NCBI GenBank assembly: GCA_963850905.1
Contig: CAWKMU010000003.1
Location: 1,600,001-1,664,000 of the forward strand
Length of the DNA stretch: 64,000 nt
Origin: an uncultured Gemmatimonadales bacterium
GTDB lineage: Bacteria > Gemmatimonadota > Gemmatimonadetes > Gemmatimonadales > Gemmatimonadaceae
Direction of reading: 5' to 3'
The notes under the pieces were generated by a model. The model did no database searches. It was given only the letters and a program-made list of their open reading frames with translations, and was not told where the DNA came from. A program made the position numbers and the translations under genes. Below, piece by piece: positions 39,498 through 48,768 of the stretch; position 1 is the first letter of the stretch, and the number at the start of each line of letters is the position of its first letter.

Positions 39498-40133
39498 TCA
39501 CCCGGCCCCTGATCCCCGCAGTGCCTGCATCGCCTCCACAATCAACTCCACCGCCCCGTCGAGTCCCAGCCACTCCGTATTGACGCAGAGATGGTAGTTC
39601 TCCGGCGCGCCCCACGAGCGGCCATAGTACTGCCGTACGGTCGTGGCGCGCTGGTGATTGATCTCGTCGACACGACGTTCGGCCGCAGCAAGACTGAGGT
39701 TGTCGCGGGCGGCTACTCGCCGCGCGAGCGCATCACGCGGCGCGCAGCAGAATACGTGGATCGCGTCGGTTCGCTGGCTCAGAACGACCTGTGCACCGCG
39801 TCCGACGACCACCACGGGTCCCTGTGCGACGGCCGCTTCCATGACACGCCGGGTTGTCTCGATCACACGCTCATCGGCCGAGAGCACCGCCGCACCAGCG
39901 CTCGGCGACAGCACCTCTCCCGCATCCAGCGCCAACGCGTCGGCAATCCGAGCGATCAAGGGAGGCTGACGCTCGTCGAGCGCTCGCACCGTGTCGGCGC
40001 TCACGCCCATCTGCTGCGCGATCGCGTCGACGATCGCGTTGTCGAGGAGCCGCCAACCCAGGCGCTCGGCCACGCCAGCGGCCACGACGGATCCACCTGA
40101 TCCGTATTGCCGACTGATCGTGACGAGCGGCAT
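39498..40133 (-). CDS. Cytidylate kinase-like family protein
   Basis: MPLVTISRQYGSGG, VVVGRGA, YHLCVNT. Confidence 0.88.
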   Translation of the reverse strand: MPLVTISRQYGSGGSVVAAGVAERLGWRLLDNAIVDAIAQQMGVSADTVRALDERQPPLIARIADALALDAGEVLSPSAGAAVLSADERVIETTRRVMEAAVAQGPVVVVGRGAQVVLSQRTDAIHVFCCAPRDALARRVAARDNLSLAAAERRVDEINHQRATTVRQYYGRSWGAPENYHLCVNTEWLGLDGAVELIVEAMQALRGSGAG

Positions 40134-40168
40134 CGAATATCCCGCGAGACGGTGTGGGCGAGAGCCGG

Positions 40169-40669
40169 CTAGCTCTGTGCACAGCCGGTTTGGCTGTGTC
40201 GGTGAATCGGACGAATCCGCATCTGCTCGACGACGTGGAATCCCAGCGCGTCCCATGCTGCGTTCGCGTCCGCGCCGGTCACGCTGTGGAGGCGCATCTC
40301 ATCGAGGCCGCGCCGGCTGCACCACTCCGACGCATGACGCAACAGGCTGCGGAGCACGCCGAGCCGCCGGGCTTCCGGCACGACGTAGACGGACGACACG
40401 TAGGCATACCACGCCGGCTCGAGGAGTGGCGAGCCTTCGGACTCCACGCATCGCAGGATCCCCACCGGCTTCCCGACACGCTCGGCGAGCAGTGTAACCT
40501 CTTTGGGCGATTCCAGCTGCAGGCGAAACAAGCGTCGCCCCCGTTGCTCCGCGTCGCTCCGCAGCCGCCCGTAGATCGGATGGTCGCGCGCCTCGCGCAG
40601 GAGCGCGAGCCGGAGCGCGAGCACCGTGTCCAAGTCAGCGGGCGTCGCCGCTCGGACAGTCGTTGCCAC
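40169..40669 (-). CDS. GNAT family N-acetyltransferase
   Basis: VRAATPADL, VYVVPEARRLGV, AWDALGF. Confidence 0.88.
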   Translation of the reverse strand: MATTVRAATPADLDTVLALRLALLREARDHPIYGRLRSDAEQRGRRLFRLQLESPKEVTLLAERVGKPVGILRCVESEGSPLLEPAWYAYVSSVYVVPEARRLGVLRSLLRHASEWCSRRGLDEMRLHSVTGADANAAWDALGFHVVEQMRIRPIHRHSQTGCAQS

Positions 40670-40675
40670 AGCGCA

Positions 40676-42150
40676 TTAGGCGGACAAGCCGCCACCGAAC
40701 ATGTCTTGTCCCGGGCGCCGGCGTGGCTCCTGGACCGCGCGCCCGTACTGGCCCGTGTCGGACCGGGAAATCTTCTTTCGGGCGACGAGGGACTCGAGCA
40801 CCAACTCGCACGCGGCGGCGCCGACGGCGGCATCACCCTTCCGCGCGAGCCCGGTGTTGCGGACGACCTGGACCAGGCCCGGGACCGACTCGAATCCCTT
40901 GTAGACCGCGTCCGCCGACACGTCGTCGGCCACCTGCAGCGCGCCGCCAGCGTCGAACCACATCACGACGTCATCCGTGTTGGCGCCGCCGGCTCGCTCG
41001 CGGAAGGTCGCGTCGGCCGCGCGCCGGATCAGCTCCCGCGCGATGAGGTGCCCGCCCACGAGCTCGCCCTCGTACTCCAACTCGAGCTTGCCCGTGATCG
41101 CGGGGAGCGCGGCGTAGATGTCGCCGATGCGCGGAACGACCTCGGATTCTCCCGTCACCAACGCGCGGCGCTCCGCGTTGGACACCACGTTCTCGAGGAC
41201 GCTGATCGGCAGGCGCTGCGATACGCCCGAGCGGCGGTCGACGCGCTTGTCCGTGCGCGCCTCGAACGCGATGCGCTCGACGACCTCCGCGATGAAGTCG
41301 GGCACGCGGATCGTCGGCCCCTTGCGCGTCGGTCCACGCTTCCTGCCGCGTGATCGCCATGCCGAGATCGACCGTCTCCGGATAGTGCGTAATGATCTCG
41401 CTGCCGATGCGATCCTTGAGCGGCGTAATGATCTTCCCGCGAGCCGTGTAGTCCTCCGGGTTCGCCGTGAAGCACAGGAGCAGGTCGAGCGGCAGACGGA
41501 CCGGATACCCTTTGATCTGGACGTCGCCTTCCTGCATGATGTTGAACAGGCTCACTTGCACCTTGCCGGAGAGGTCCGGCAGCTCATTCAGCGCGAAGAT
41601 CCCGCGGTTCGCACGCGGCAGCATGCCGTACTGGATCGTCAACTCATCGGACAGGAGATGTCCGCCGCGAGCGGCCTTGATCGGATCGAGGTCGCCGATG
41701 ATGTCGGCGATGGTCACGTCGGGGGTCGCCAATTTCTCGACGTAGCGACTCTCGCGGTCGAGCCAGGCTACTGGTGTGTCGTCACCTGCTTCGCTGACCA
41801 GCTGGCGGCCGAACTTGGAGATCGGCGCATAGGGGTTGTCGTTGACCTCACTGCCGGCGACGATCGGGATCGCCTCATCGAGCAGTGTCGTGAGCGACCG
41901 CAGGATGCGCGACTTGGCTTGCCCGCGGAGGCCCAGGAGGATGAAGTTGTGCCGCGACAGGATGGCATTGACGAGTTGCGGCATGACGGTGTCTTCGTAG
42001 CCAATGACGCCCGGGAAGAGCGGGCCGCCATGGCGAAGTCGGCGCAAGCAGATTGCTGCGCATCTCGTCCTTCACCGACCGGCACGCGAGGTCGGAGGCA
42101 GCGAACGGCGACCGCTTGAGCGCGCCGAGGCTATCAGGGTAGTGCGGCAA
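40676..42150 (-). CDS. Mg-chelatase-like AAA+ ATPase with +1 frameshifts at about 42043 and 41328 (probable sequencing errors)
   Basis: [76 protein letters not shown] before TTG at 42150. Confidence 0.88.
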
Positions 42151-42363
42151 CGGACATCTCCGGGACAGAAGAAAGATTCACTGCGACGCGGTGCTGCCGC
42201 GAGTCGCTCGATGGCGATAGGTCGTTAGCAAACTTGAGTCCTGGCACCAGCGCTAACTCGACGGCTCGACCCCGCGTCTGCAGACACAGCCAAATCTGCC
42301 TGACGTCCATACAATCTGGCGCCATGGCTGCCTCTGCTCTACGCTCGCTGGACCGCCGCCCGC

Positions 42364-42391
42364 TTGACACCACCTCACTGCTCAATAACTT
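42364..42391 (+). promoter_or_regulatory. Possible sigma70 promoter for the small lipoprotein gene
   Basis: TTGACA-N16-TAACTT. Confidence 0.4.
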
Positions 42392-42489
42392 TCCGGCCGC
42401 TGGCTCCGGGCACGACGTGTGCGTGCGCGGGGCGTTGGGTTTTGCAATACCTGGCACTGGTACCGCCCACCCTCCCGAGGAGATCGTAG

Positions 42490-42720
42490 ATGAAGCGCCT
42501 GGTCGTTGTCGCCGCTGCTCTGTTCGCGGTCGCCGCTTGTAAGACAAAGGAAACGAGCTCCACCATGACCGACACCACGTCGACTGCGACACCTCCACCG
42601 GCCATGGCACCCGCTTCTGCGGACACGGGCATGAAGAAGGACACGGGTATGAAAATGAATATGGATACTGGCATGAAGGCCGCTACGCCAAACTCGACGG
42701 CGACCAAGAAGAAGAAGTAA
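42490..42720 (+). CDS. Small low-complexity Met/Lys/Thr-rich lipoprotein
   Basis: GAGGAG RBS; MKRLVVVAAALFAVAAC lipobox; DTGMK repeated three times; own terminator. Confidence 0.8.
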   Translation: MKRLVVVAAALFAVAACKTKETSSTMTDTTSTATPPPAMAPASADTGMKKDTGMKMNMDTGMKAATPNSTATKKKK

Positions 42721-42746
42721 GGACCTGAGCAATAACGGTGGTGCAC

Positions 42747-42787
42747 AACGGGCCAGCCTCGCACGCGAGGCTGGCCCGTTTGCTCTT
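42747..42787 (+). terminator. Intrinsic terminator hairpin (probably bidirectional)
   Basis: AACGGGCCAGCCTCGC-AC-GCGAGGCTGGCCCGTT followed by TGCTCTT, between convergent genes. Confidence 0.8.
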
Positions 42788-42823
42788 GGTGGTGGATCGC
42801 GCCGCATCAGTGGCCCTGCGCCC

Positions 42824-43876
42824 TCACTGGTCGACCTCGGCGAACGGCAGAGTCTCCACGGTCATTCGCGTCTCGCCGGCTGGTTGATCGCTGGTCGTCT
42901 CCCACCGCGCAGTGAGCGTGGCCCCCCGCTCGACTTCACGCCGGATCATTGCCAACGCGATCGGCCCGAATCGTGGTGATTGCACGACGGAGCGCACGTC
43001 ACCCACCGCCGCGCCGGTTGCATCGACCAGGCCCGCACGCGGTGGCGGAATCGGGTCGCCCGCAGCCAGGCGCACGCCTCGCAAGTAGCGATTCACATGG
43101 CCGCGGAAGTGGATCCGCGCCACCGGTTCCTGCCCCGTGTAACAGCCCTTCGTGTAGGAAATCGCACCGAGCTCATCGAAGTTCGCTTCTTGTGGCATCG
43201 TGCCTTCGTCGATATCGGCGCCCCATTCCGGGCGCCCGAGCTCAACGCGCGCGATGTCGAGCGCCGAAAGGCTCCCCACCGCAGCTCCCGCCTGCCGCAT
43301 TCGCTCGATCACCTCGGATGCAGCCTGCGTGGGAACGACGATCTCCAATCCCCGACCTGCATCAGGGACGCACGCGACGATCGTTGGTGATCCGCCATCG
43401 TCGTATTCGAGGTGTGCATACGGCGCCGACGGCAGGATAACCCCACTGCCCAGGCCGAGCGCAGCGCGCACGACCGAGTCGGCGCTCGGACCGAACACCC
43501 CAATGTCACTGGTCGTTTGCGTCACATCCTCGTACGCCGTGAGGCGGGGGTTCACGTACTTGCGCACGACTTCCGCCCATCCGGGAGCGGCGCGGAGCGA
43601 CGTGTCGACCAACACGGCATCGCGAAGCGCAAAAATGCGGACGTCCGCGATGATCTTCCCTTTGGGCGTCAGGACACCGGCGTAGCAGCCGCGCCCAGGC
43701 TCGAGTCCCACGACATCGTTGGTAACAAGGCCCGCGATGGTTGCGCGTGCCTGCGCACCCGCAAACCGCCACCGAGCCCGAGCCGACCGATCCACTACGA
43801 GCGCGCCCTGCTGGAGAACGGCGTATTCTCGATCTATCGCGGTGGCGCTGACTTGCTCAATGGCTGAATCAGGCAT
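42824..43876 (-). CDS. ygfZ: YgfZ/GcvT-family folate-binding protein
   Basis: LTPKGKIIAD, ISYTKGCYTGQEPVARI signature. Confidence 0.9.
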   Translation of the reverse strand: MPDSAIEQVSATAIDREYAVLQQGALVVDRSARARWRFAGAQARATIAGLVTNDVVGLEPGRGCYAGVLTPKGKIIADVRIFALRDAVLVDTSLRAAPGWAEVVRKYVNPRLTAYEDVTQTTSDIGVFGPSADSVVRAALGLGSGVILPSAPYAHLEYDDGGSPTIVACVPDAGRGLEIVVPTQAASEVIERMRQAGAAVGSLSALDIARVELGRPEWGADIDEGTMPQEANFDELGAISYTKGCYTGQEPVARIHFRGHVNRYLRGVRLAAGDPIPPPRAGLVDATGAAVGDVRSVVQSPRFGPIALAMIRREVERGATLTARWETTSDQPAGETRMTVETLPFAEVDQ

Positions 43877-43890
43877 GCCGGAAAGGTAAC

Positions 43891-43999
43891 GGCAGGGATC
43901 AGGGGTCAGGGATCGGGGGCAAATCGCGAAGCCAGTCACAGCGCACCGTGACTGGCTTAGAAGTTTCGTTCCCTGACACCTGATCCCTGACCCCTGCCC
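43891..43999. repeat. Element C1: inverted CAGGG(G/A)T heptamer arms around GCAAATCGCGA + hairpin
   Basis: AAGCCAGTCAC-8nt-GTGACTGGCTT core; homologous to 55811-55925. Confidence 0.85.
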
Positions 44000-45358
44000 T
44001 TACAACATATCCACTGGGTGGACTACGCCCACGCGACTCCCTGCTCGACGCAATCCCGCGCCGATCTGCATGAGGCATCCCGGATTGCCCGTCGCGACCC
44101 ACGATGCGCCGGAGGCCGTGATGTTCGCGAGCTTCGCTGCGAGTACTGATTCGGAAATGCCGGGCTGCAGCAGGTTGTAGATGCCAGCCGCGCCGCAGCA
44201 TTGATCAGCATCGGTGAGCGGCACGAGCTCGATGCCAGGGACCGCTGCCAGCATTGCAAGTGGTGGCGCGCTCACCCGCTGGCCATGAAGCAGATGGCAT
44301 GGAGGGTCGTATGCGACGCGAACTGGCGGCGCGTCAGGCGTCTGCGGGGCGTGGTCGCCCGCTGTTGTCGTACCCACGAACGGGGCAACCACTTCGCTCA
44401 CATCCCGGGCGGCCGCCGCGACGCGCGCCGCGCGCTCGGCCCACTCCGGATCGTCCGCGAGTAGATGACCATACGACTCGAGCATTGCGCCGCAGCCGGC
44501 GGCGTTGCTGACGATGACCGACACCCCTGAACGAGCGAACGCGGCGACATTCGCGCGCGCCAGCGCGCGCGCGCCCTCGAGGTCGCCGGCGTGCGCGTGC
44601 AGCGCACCGCAGCATCCCTGGTCCGGTGCATCGATGACCTCGAATCCTGCGCGCCGCACGGCCCGCACCGTGGCGCGATTGGTCTCGCGAAACAACCCGT
44701 CCATGACGCAGCCGCGTAGGAGTGCCGCGCGACCGCGACTGCCGCCTTCGGTTTCGCGTGGCTCGGTCAATGCGGGCTCGGCCGCTCGGCGGCTCCAATG
44801 CCAAGGCGCCGATCGGCGGCGCGTGGTGCTCGCCAACATCGCCATCGCGAACCCGATGCGGCCGGGGAGTCGCGAGAGCAACGATGCGATGCGCGTGTCG
44901 CGCAGCACGCGGGCCGCTGCCAGAGCGATACCGAGGCGGCCGGGTCGAGCGAACACCCAGAGGATCGCTCGGCCAACGGGCGCCAACGGACGCTGGGCGA
45001 TAAGTGTGGCCCGCGTCGCCTCGAGCAACTCGCCGTACGGTACGCCGGACGGACAGGCCGTCTCACACGCGCGGCAGCCCAGGCAGCGGTCAATGTGCGT
45101 GTGCACGCTCTCGTCGTCGACGGCGAGTGTCCCGTCGACGAGGGCGCGCATCAGCACGAGCCGACCGCGCGGGCTGTCGTTCTCGTCTTCGAGCGCGAGA
45201 TACGTGGGGCAGGCCTGCAGGCAGAATCCGCAGTGCACGCAGAGATCGAGTCCGTGACTCGCGCGCGCCAGTGGCGTTTCCGGTGCCGCGCATGCGTCAT
45301 CGCCTCCGATCTCCGGCTCGTCCTGGGTCAGTCGAGCGCCGTTCGTTCGGTCAACCAC
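44000..45358 (-). CDS. glcF: Glycolate oxidase iron-sulfur subunit
   Basis: CVHCGFCLQACPTY, SPRGRL, CLGCRACETACPSGV, two CCG motifs, PPCHLLHGQ, NPGCLMQI. Confidence 0.92.
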   Translation of the reverse strand: MVDRTNGARLTQDEPEIGGDDACAAPETPLARASHGLDLCVHCGFCLQACPTYLALEDENDSPRGRLVLMRALVDGTLAVDDESVHTHIDRCLGCRACETACPSGVPYGELLEATRATLIAQRPLAPVGRAILWVFARPGRLGIALAAARVLRDTRIASLLSRLPGRIGFAMAMLASTTRRRSAPWHWSRRAAEPALTEPRETEGGSRGRAALLRGCVMDGLFRETNRATVRAVRRAGFEVIDAPDQGCCGALHAHAGDLEGARALARANVAAFARSGVSVIVSNAAGCGAMLESYGHLLADDPEWAERAARVAAAARDVSEVVAPFVGTTTAGDHAPQTPDAPPVRVAYDPPCHLLHGQRVSAPPLAMLAAVPGIELVPLTDADQCCGAAGIYNLLQPGISESVLAAKLANITASGASWVATGNPGCLMQIGAGLRRAGSRVGVVHPVDML

Positions 45359-46649
45359 GGTCGATCTCCTCGCCGAGGACGCCCGGATTGAGGACATGAG
45401 CGGGATCGAATGCGCGGCGGACACGCCGTGAGAGCGGATCGCGCATCGCACGCGCACCGACGGCGCCCCATAGCCAGGGAGGCAGGCGCTCCGGGATGCA
45501 GGTGCCCGCGAACCCCGTCGCGTGAGGCTCGACCACTCCGGCGATCTCGCGCGTGTGAGCGGCGTCACCGGCGATGGCCGCAGCCAGCGGAGCCGAGCCG
45601 GGGTTCGGGATGATGGCACGCACGATGCCGCGGGCGACGGACGCGTGAACGAGGGCGTCGGCAAAGGGCGCACACGCCACGCCAGCGTGCGCCCACGTCG
45701 CGTTCAGGAGCAACGGGACCTGCGACCATCGCAGCACCGCTGCCCCCAGGCTCGTGCCCGCTTCGGCGCGCCGTAGCGCAGTCCAGATCTGCGGGACGAC
45801 CGGCACGGCATCGCCAATCGCCTCCAGCGCCGCGCGCTCGGCGGCCACGCGCTCGGCGTTGCCGGTAATCCGCGCCAGCGCGACCGGCCCATCGGCGCCT
45901 CCAGGCAATTCCAACTGACTGGCCAAGCGGCGATTGAGCACCTCCAGCGCCGTGGGCGCAACCGACGCCGCGCGGAGGGCTTGCAAGAGATCGTCGATTC
46001 CGTTCCCATCGGTCTCGCGAGTGAGGCGCCCCACCCGCGTGCGACGCCGGGCGATCACCAGCGTCTCATCACAGAGCGGTCGGCCGCGGAGGCGGACCGT
46101 GACTTCGGTGAGTATGCCGAGGGTGCCCCAGGCACCGGTCAACAGGCGGGTGAGATCGAAGCCGGCTACGTTCTTCACCACGCGACCACCGGCGCGAATC
46201 ACCGCACCTTCGCCCGTGACCGCTTCGAGACCCAACACGACGTCGCGCGGGAGGCCAAGGGCGGCGCCGAGCGGGCCGGCGGACGCGGTCGCGATCGTCG
46301 CACCGATGGAGCCGCCGTGCTCCGCAACGGAGAACGGATCGAGTGGCAGCCACTGGTTCTCGCTGGCCGCCGCGGCTTCGATCGTCGAGAGCGCCGTACC
46401 GGCGCGCGCCGTCAGCGTGAGGTCACCCGGTGTGTAGTCGGTGATCCCGTCGAGCGCGCCGAGCCCGACTGGTCGGGCGTCAGGCGACGTGGGGTGGCCG
46501 CCGTCGAGCCAGGTGCCGAGACCGACGATCCTCAGTGGCGTGCGCCTCGCAGCGGCTTCACGTACGGCATCCTGTACGTCCGCGACGGATTGCGGCACCG
46601 CGACGCTGGCCGCCGGCCGGAACGTGTCACGCTCCTGCACAATGCTCAT
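45351..46649 (-). CDS. glcE: Glycolate oxidase FAD-binding subunit
   Basis: YTPGDLTLTARAGT, GGRVVKNVAGFDLTRL, FDPAHVLNPG; ATGA overlap with glcD. Confidence 0.88.
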   Translation of the reverse strand: MSIVQERDTFRPAASVAVPQSVADVQDAVREAAARRTPLRIVGLGTWLDGGHPTSPDARPVGLGALDGITDYTPGDLTLTARAGTALSTIEAAAASENQWLPLDPFSVAEHGGSIGATIATASAGPLGAALGLPRDVVLGLEAVTGEGAVIRAGGRVVKNVAGFDLTRLLTGAWGTLGILTEVTVRLRGRPLCDETLVIARRRTRVGRLTRETDGNGIDDLLQALRAASVAPTALEVLNRRLASQLELPGGADGPVALARITGNAERVAAERAALEAIGDAVPVVPQIWTALRRAEAGTSLGAAVLRWSQVPLLLNATWAHAGVACAPFADALVHASVARGIVRAIIPNPGSAPLAAAIAGDAAHTREIAGVVEPHATGFAGTCIPERLPPWLWGAVGARAMRDPLSRRVRRAFDPAHVLNPGVLGEEIDRG

Positions 46650-48115
46650 GGGCGCCTCATGGCCCGGGAGGCCGACGCCCATTCCCGACAGTACCGCGTC
46701 GGCACAACCTTGCCCGGGTTGGCGCGGCGCGCCGGGTCGAACACCTCGCGCAGCCGACATTGAGCGGCCAGGGACTCGGGCGAGAAAATGAGGTCCATGT
46801 ACTCCAGCTTATCGAGCCCGACGCCGTGCTCCCCGGTGATTGTCCCGCCGGCGTCAACGCAGCACCGCATGATCGCGCGCATCGCCGCGCCGACCCGCGC
46901 CACCTCTTCGGCGTTATCCCCGTGGTAGGGAATGTTTGGATGCAGGTTTCCGTCGCCGGCGTGGAAGACGTTGCACACCGTGACGCCGTGCGCGGCGGCA
47001 ATCTCGCGGATCTGCATGAGCACGTCTGGCAACCGCGTACGCGGGATCACCGCATCCTGCACCACGAGGTGCGAGGATACTCTCCCCATGGCACCGAAGG
47101 CCTTCTTGCGACCCTGCCACAGTCGGGCGCGATCGGCCGGATCCGAGGCGACACGCACCGTACGGGCGCCGTGATCAGTACACAGTTGCGTGATGGTCCG
47201 CGCATCTGCTTCGAGGCCCGCCGCGGGCCCGTCGACTTCGGCCAGCAACACGGCATCGACGTCCGTCGGGTACCCGGCCGCATACACCGACGCTTCGACG
47301 GCGCGAATCGTAGGGCCATCCATCATCTCGAGAGCTGCCGGCACAATGCCAGCGGCGATGATCGCCGATGTCGCGCGCGCCGCGTCCACCAGATGGGGAA
47401 AGTCGGCCAGCAGTGTGCGCACCGCTGCGGGAGTGCGCGTGAGCTTCACCGTTACGTCGAGGGCAACGCCAAAGCATCCCTCCGAGCCGACGAACGCGCC
47501 GAGCAGATCGTACCCCGTCGACTCGCCACCGGCCACGCCATTGCCCAGGGCGACGATGTCTCCGTCTGGAAGAATGGCGGTCACGCCCAGCACGTGGTTG
47601 AGGGTCACTCCGTACTTCAGGCAGTGGGGGCCGCCCGAATTCTCCGCTACGTTACCGCCGATCGTGCACGCCGCCTGACTCGACGGGTCCGGCGCGTAGT
47701 AGAGGCCAAACGGGGCCGCGGCGCGCGACAACGTGGCGTTGACCACGCCCGGTTCGACGACCGCCACCGCGTTGTGCGGATCGAGCGCCAGAATCCGGCG
47801 CAGACGGTTCAGACCGATCAGGACGACGCCGTCGGCCAGGGCGCCAGCCGACAAGCCCGTCCCGGCACCGCGCGGGACGAACGGCGCCTCGTGGTCGGCG
47901 AGGACTCGAACGACAGCGATCAATTGATCGCGTGTCGAGGGGAACACCGCGAGCGATGGAAACTTGCGATACCCGGGGAGTGCGTCCGACGTATAGACCA
48001 GTAGCTCGCTTGGTCGACGCAGGACGCTACGCGGGCCCACGACACCCTCGAGCGCGCGCACGAGCGCCGCGCTCGCTTCGGATGCGTCAGGTCTGAGACT
48101 GGGGCTGTGGTCCAT
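46646..48115 (-). CDS. glcD: Glycolate oxidase FAD-linked subunit
   Basis: PRGAGTGLS, YAPDPSSQAACTIGGNVAENSGGPHCLKYGVT, FHAGDGNLHP, TGEHGVG. Confidence 0.93.
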   Translation of the reverse strand: MDHSPSLRPDASEASAALVRALEGVVGPRSVLRRPSELLVYTSDALPGYRKFPSLAVFPSTRDQLIAVVRVLADHEAPFVPRGAGTGLSAGALADGVVLIGLNRLRRILALDPHNAVAVVEPGVVNATLSRAAAPFGLYYAPDPSSQAACTIGGNVAENSGGPHCLKYGVTLNHVLGVTAILPDGDIVALGNGVAGGESTGYDLLGAFVGSEGCFGVALDVTVKLTRTPAAVRTLLADFPHLVDAARATSAIIAAGIVPAALEMMDGPTIRAVEASVYAAGYPTDVDAVLLAEVDGPAAGLEADARTITQLCTDHGARTVRVASDPADRARLWQGRKKAFGAMGRVSSHLVVQDAVIPRTRLPDVLMQIREIAAAHGVTVCNVFHAGDGNLHPNIPYHGDNAEEVARVGAAMRAIMRCCVDAGGTITGEHGVGLDKLEYMDLIFSPESLAAQCRLREVFDPARRANPGKVVPTRYCREWASASRAMRRP

Positions 48116-48755
48116 GACCGTTCGACTTGGCGCGCACGTGCACAACCGCGCGGTGCTCGAGTGCCTCGACGGCTGGAGCGAGCAGCACCTCGATCTCGCG
48201 GAGGCGGCCGCCTGGCGAGCGTGAGACGAGTAGCCGTTGCTGATCCTTGACGTTCATGTCGATCACGCCGGCAATCGCGAACGCCAGCATTTTCGGATCG
48301 TCGGGAAGTGCCGGCAGTGCGTCGGAATCGTCGGCGAGCGTTCGCGCGGCCGTACCGACGCGGACAAACAACTCGCGTACGCGATCCGCCACGGGGGTCA
48401 ACGCGACGACCGACTCGTCGGCATCCTCGTAGCCCGCCACGGTCCCGACGTGATAGGGTCGATCGGTCTCGGCAAAGCCTTCCAACACAAACCGCTCGCT
48501 GCCCTGGATCATGATGTTGGCACGACCGTCGGGGAGCGCCTCCGCGCGCTCGACCTGGGCAATGCATCCCACGTGACCCGCCGGGATTTCTCGCTCGCGC
48601 ACCCCCTCGGGTCGAAACAGCACGCCGAACGAGCGGTCGCCAGCCAGGCAGTCCGCGAGCATGGCCCGATAACGGGGTTCATAGATGTGGAGTGGTCGGT
48701 GCGCGCCTGGGAACAGCACCAGGGGTAGCGGAAAGAGCGGCAGGCGCGAGCGCAC
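48087..48755 (-). CDS. LON peptidase substrate-binding (Lon N-terminal) domain protein
   Basis: LPLFPLPLVLFPG..PLHIYEPRYRAM, VGC, LPDGR. Confidence 0.9.
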   Translation of the reverse strand: MRSRLPLFPLPLVLFPGAHRPLHIYEPRYRAMLADCLAGDRSFGVLFRPEGVREREIPAGHVGCIAQVERAEALPDGRANIMIQGSERFVLEGFAETDRPYHVGTVAGYEDADESVVALTPVADRVRELFVRVGTAARTLADDSDALPALPDDPKMLAFAIAGVIDMNVKDQQRLLVSRSPGGRLREIEVLLAPAVEALEHRAVVHVRAKSNGHGPQPQSQT

Positions 48756-48768
48756 GACGGCCGGTAGC

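Noticed and set aside
38940..42050. MFS and AAA+ ATPase as true pseudogenes or programmed frameshifts
   Set aside because: All breaks are +1 with no slippery sites or other decay; sequencing error is more parsimonious.
42451..42467. Other GG-N10-GC sigma54-like sites (42451 and 33559)
   Set aside because: Poor -12 context, predicted start would fall on the RBS, and such matches are common at this GC content.
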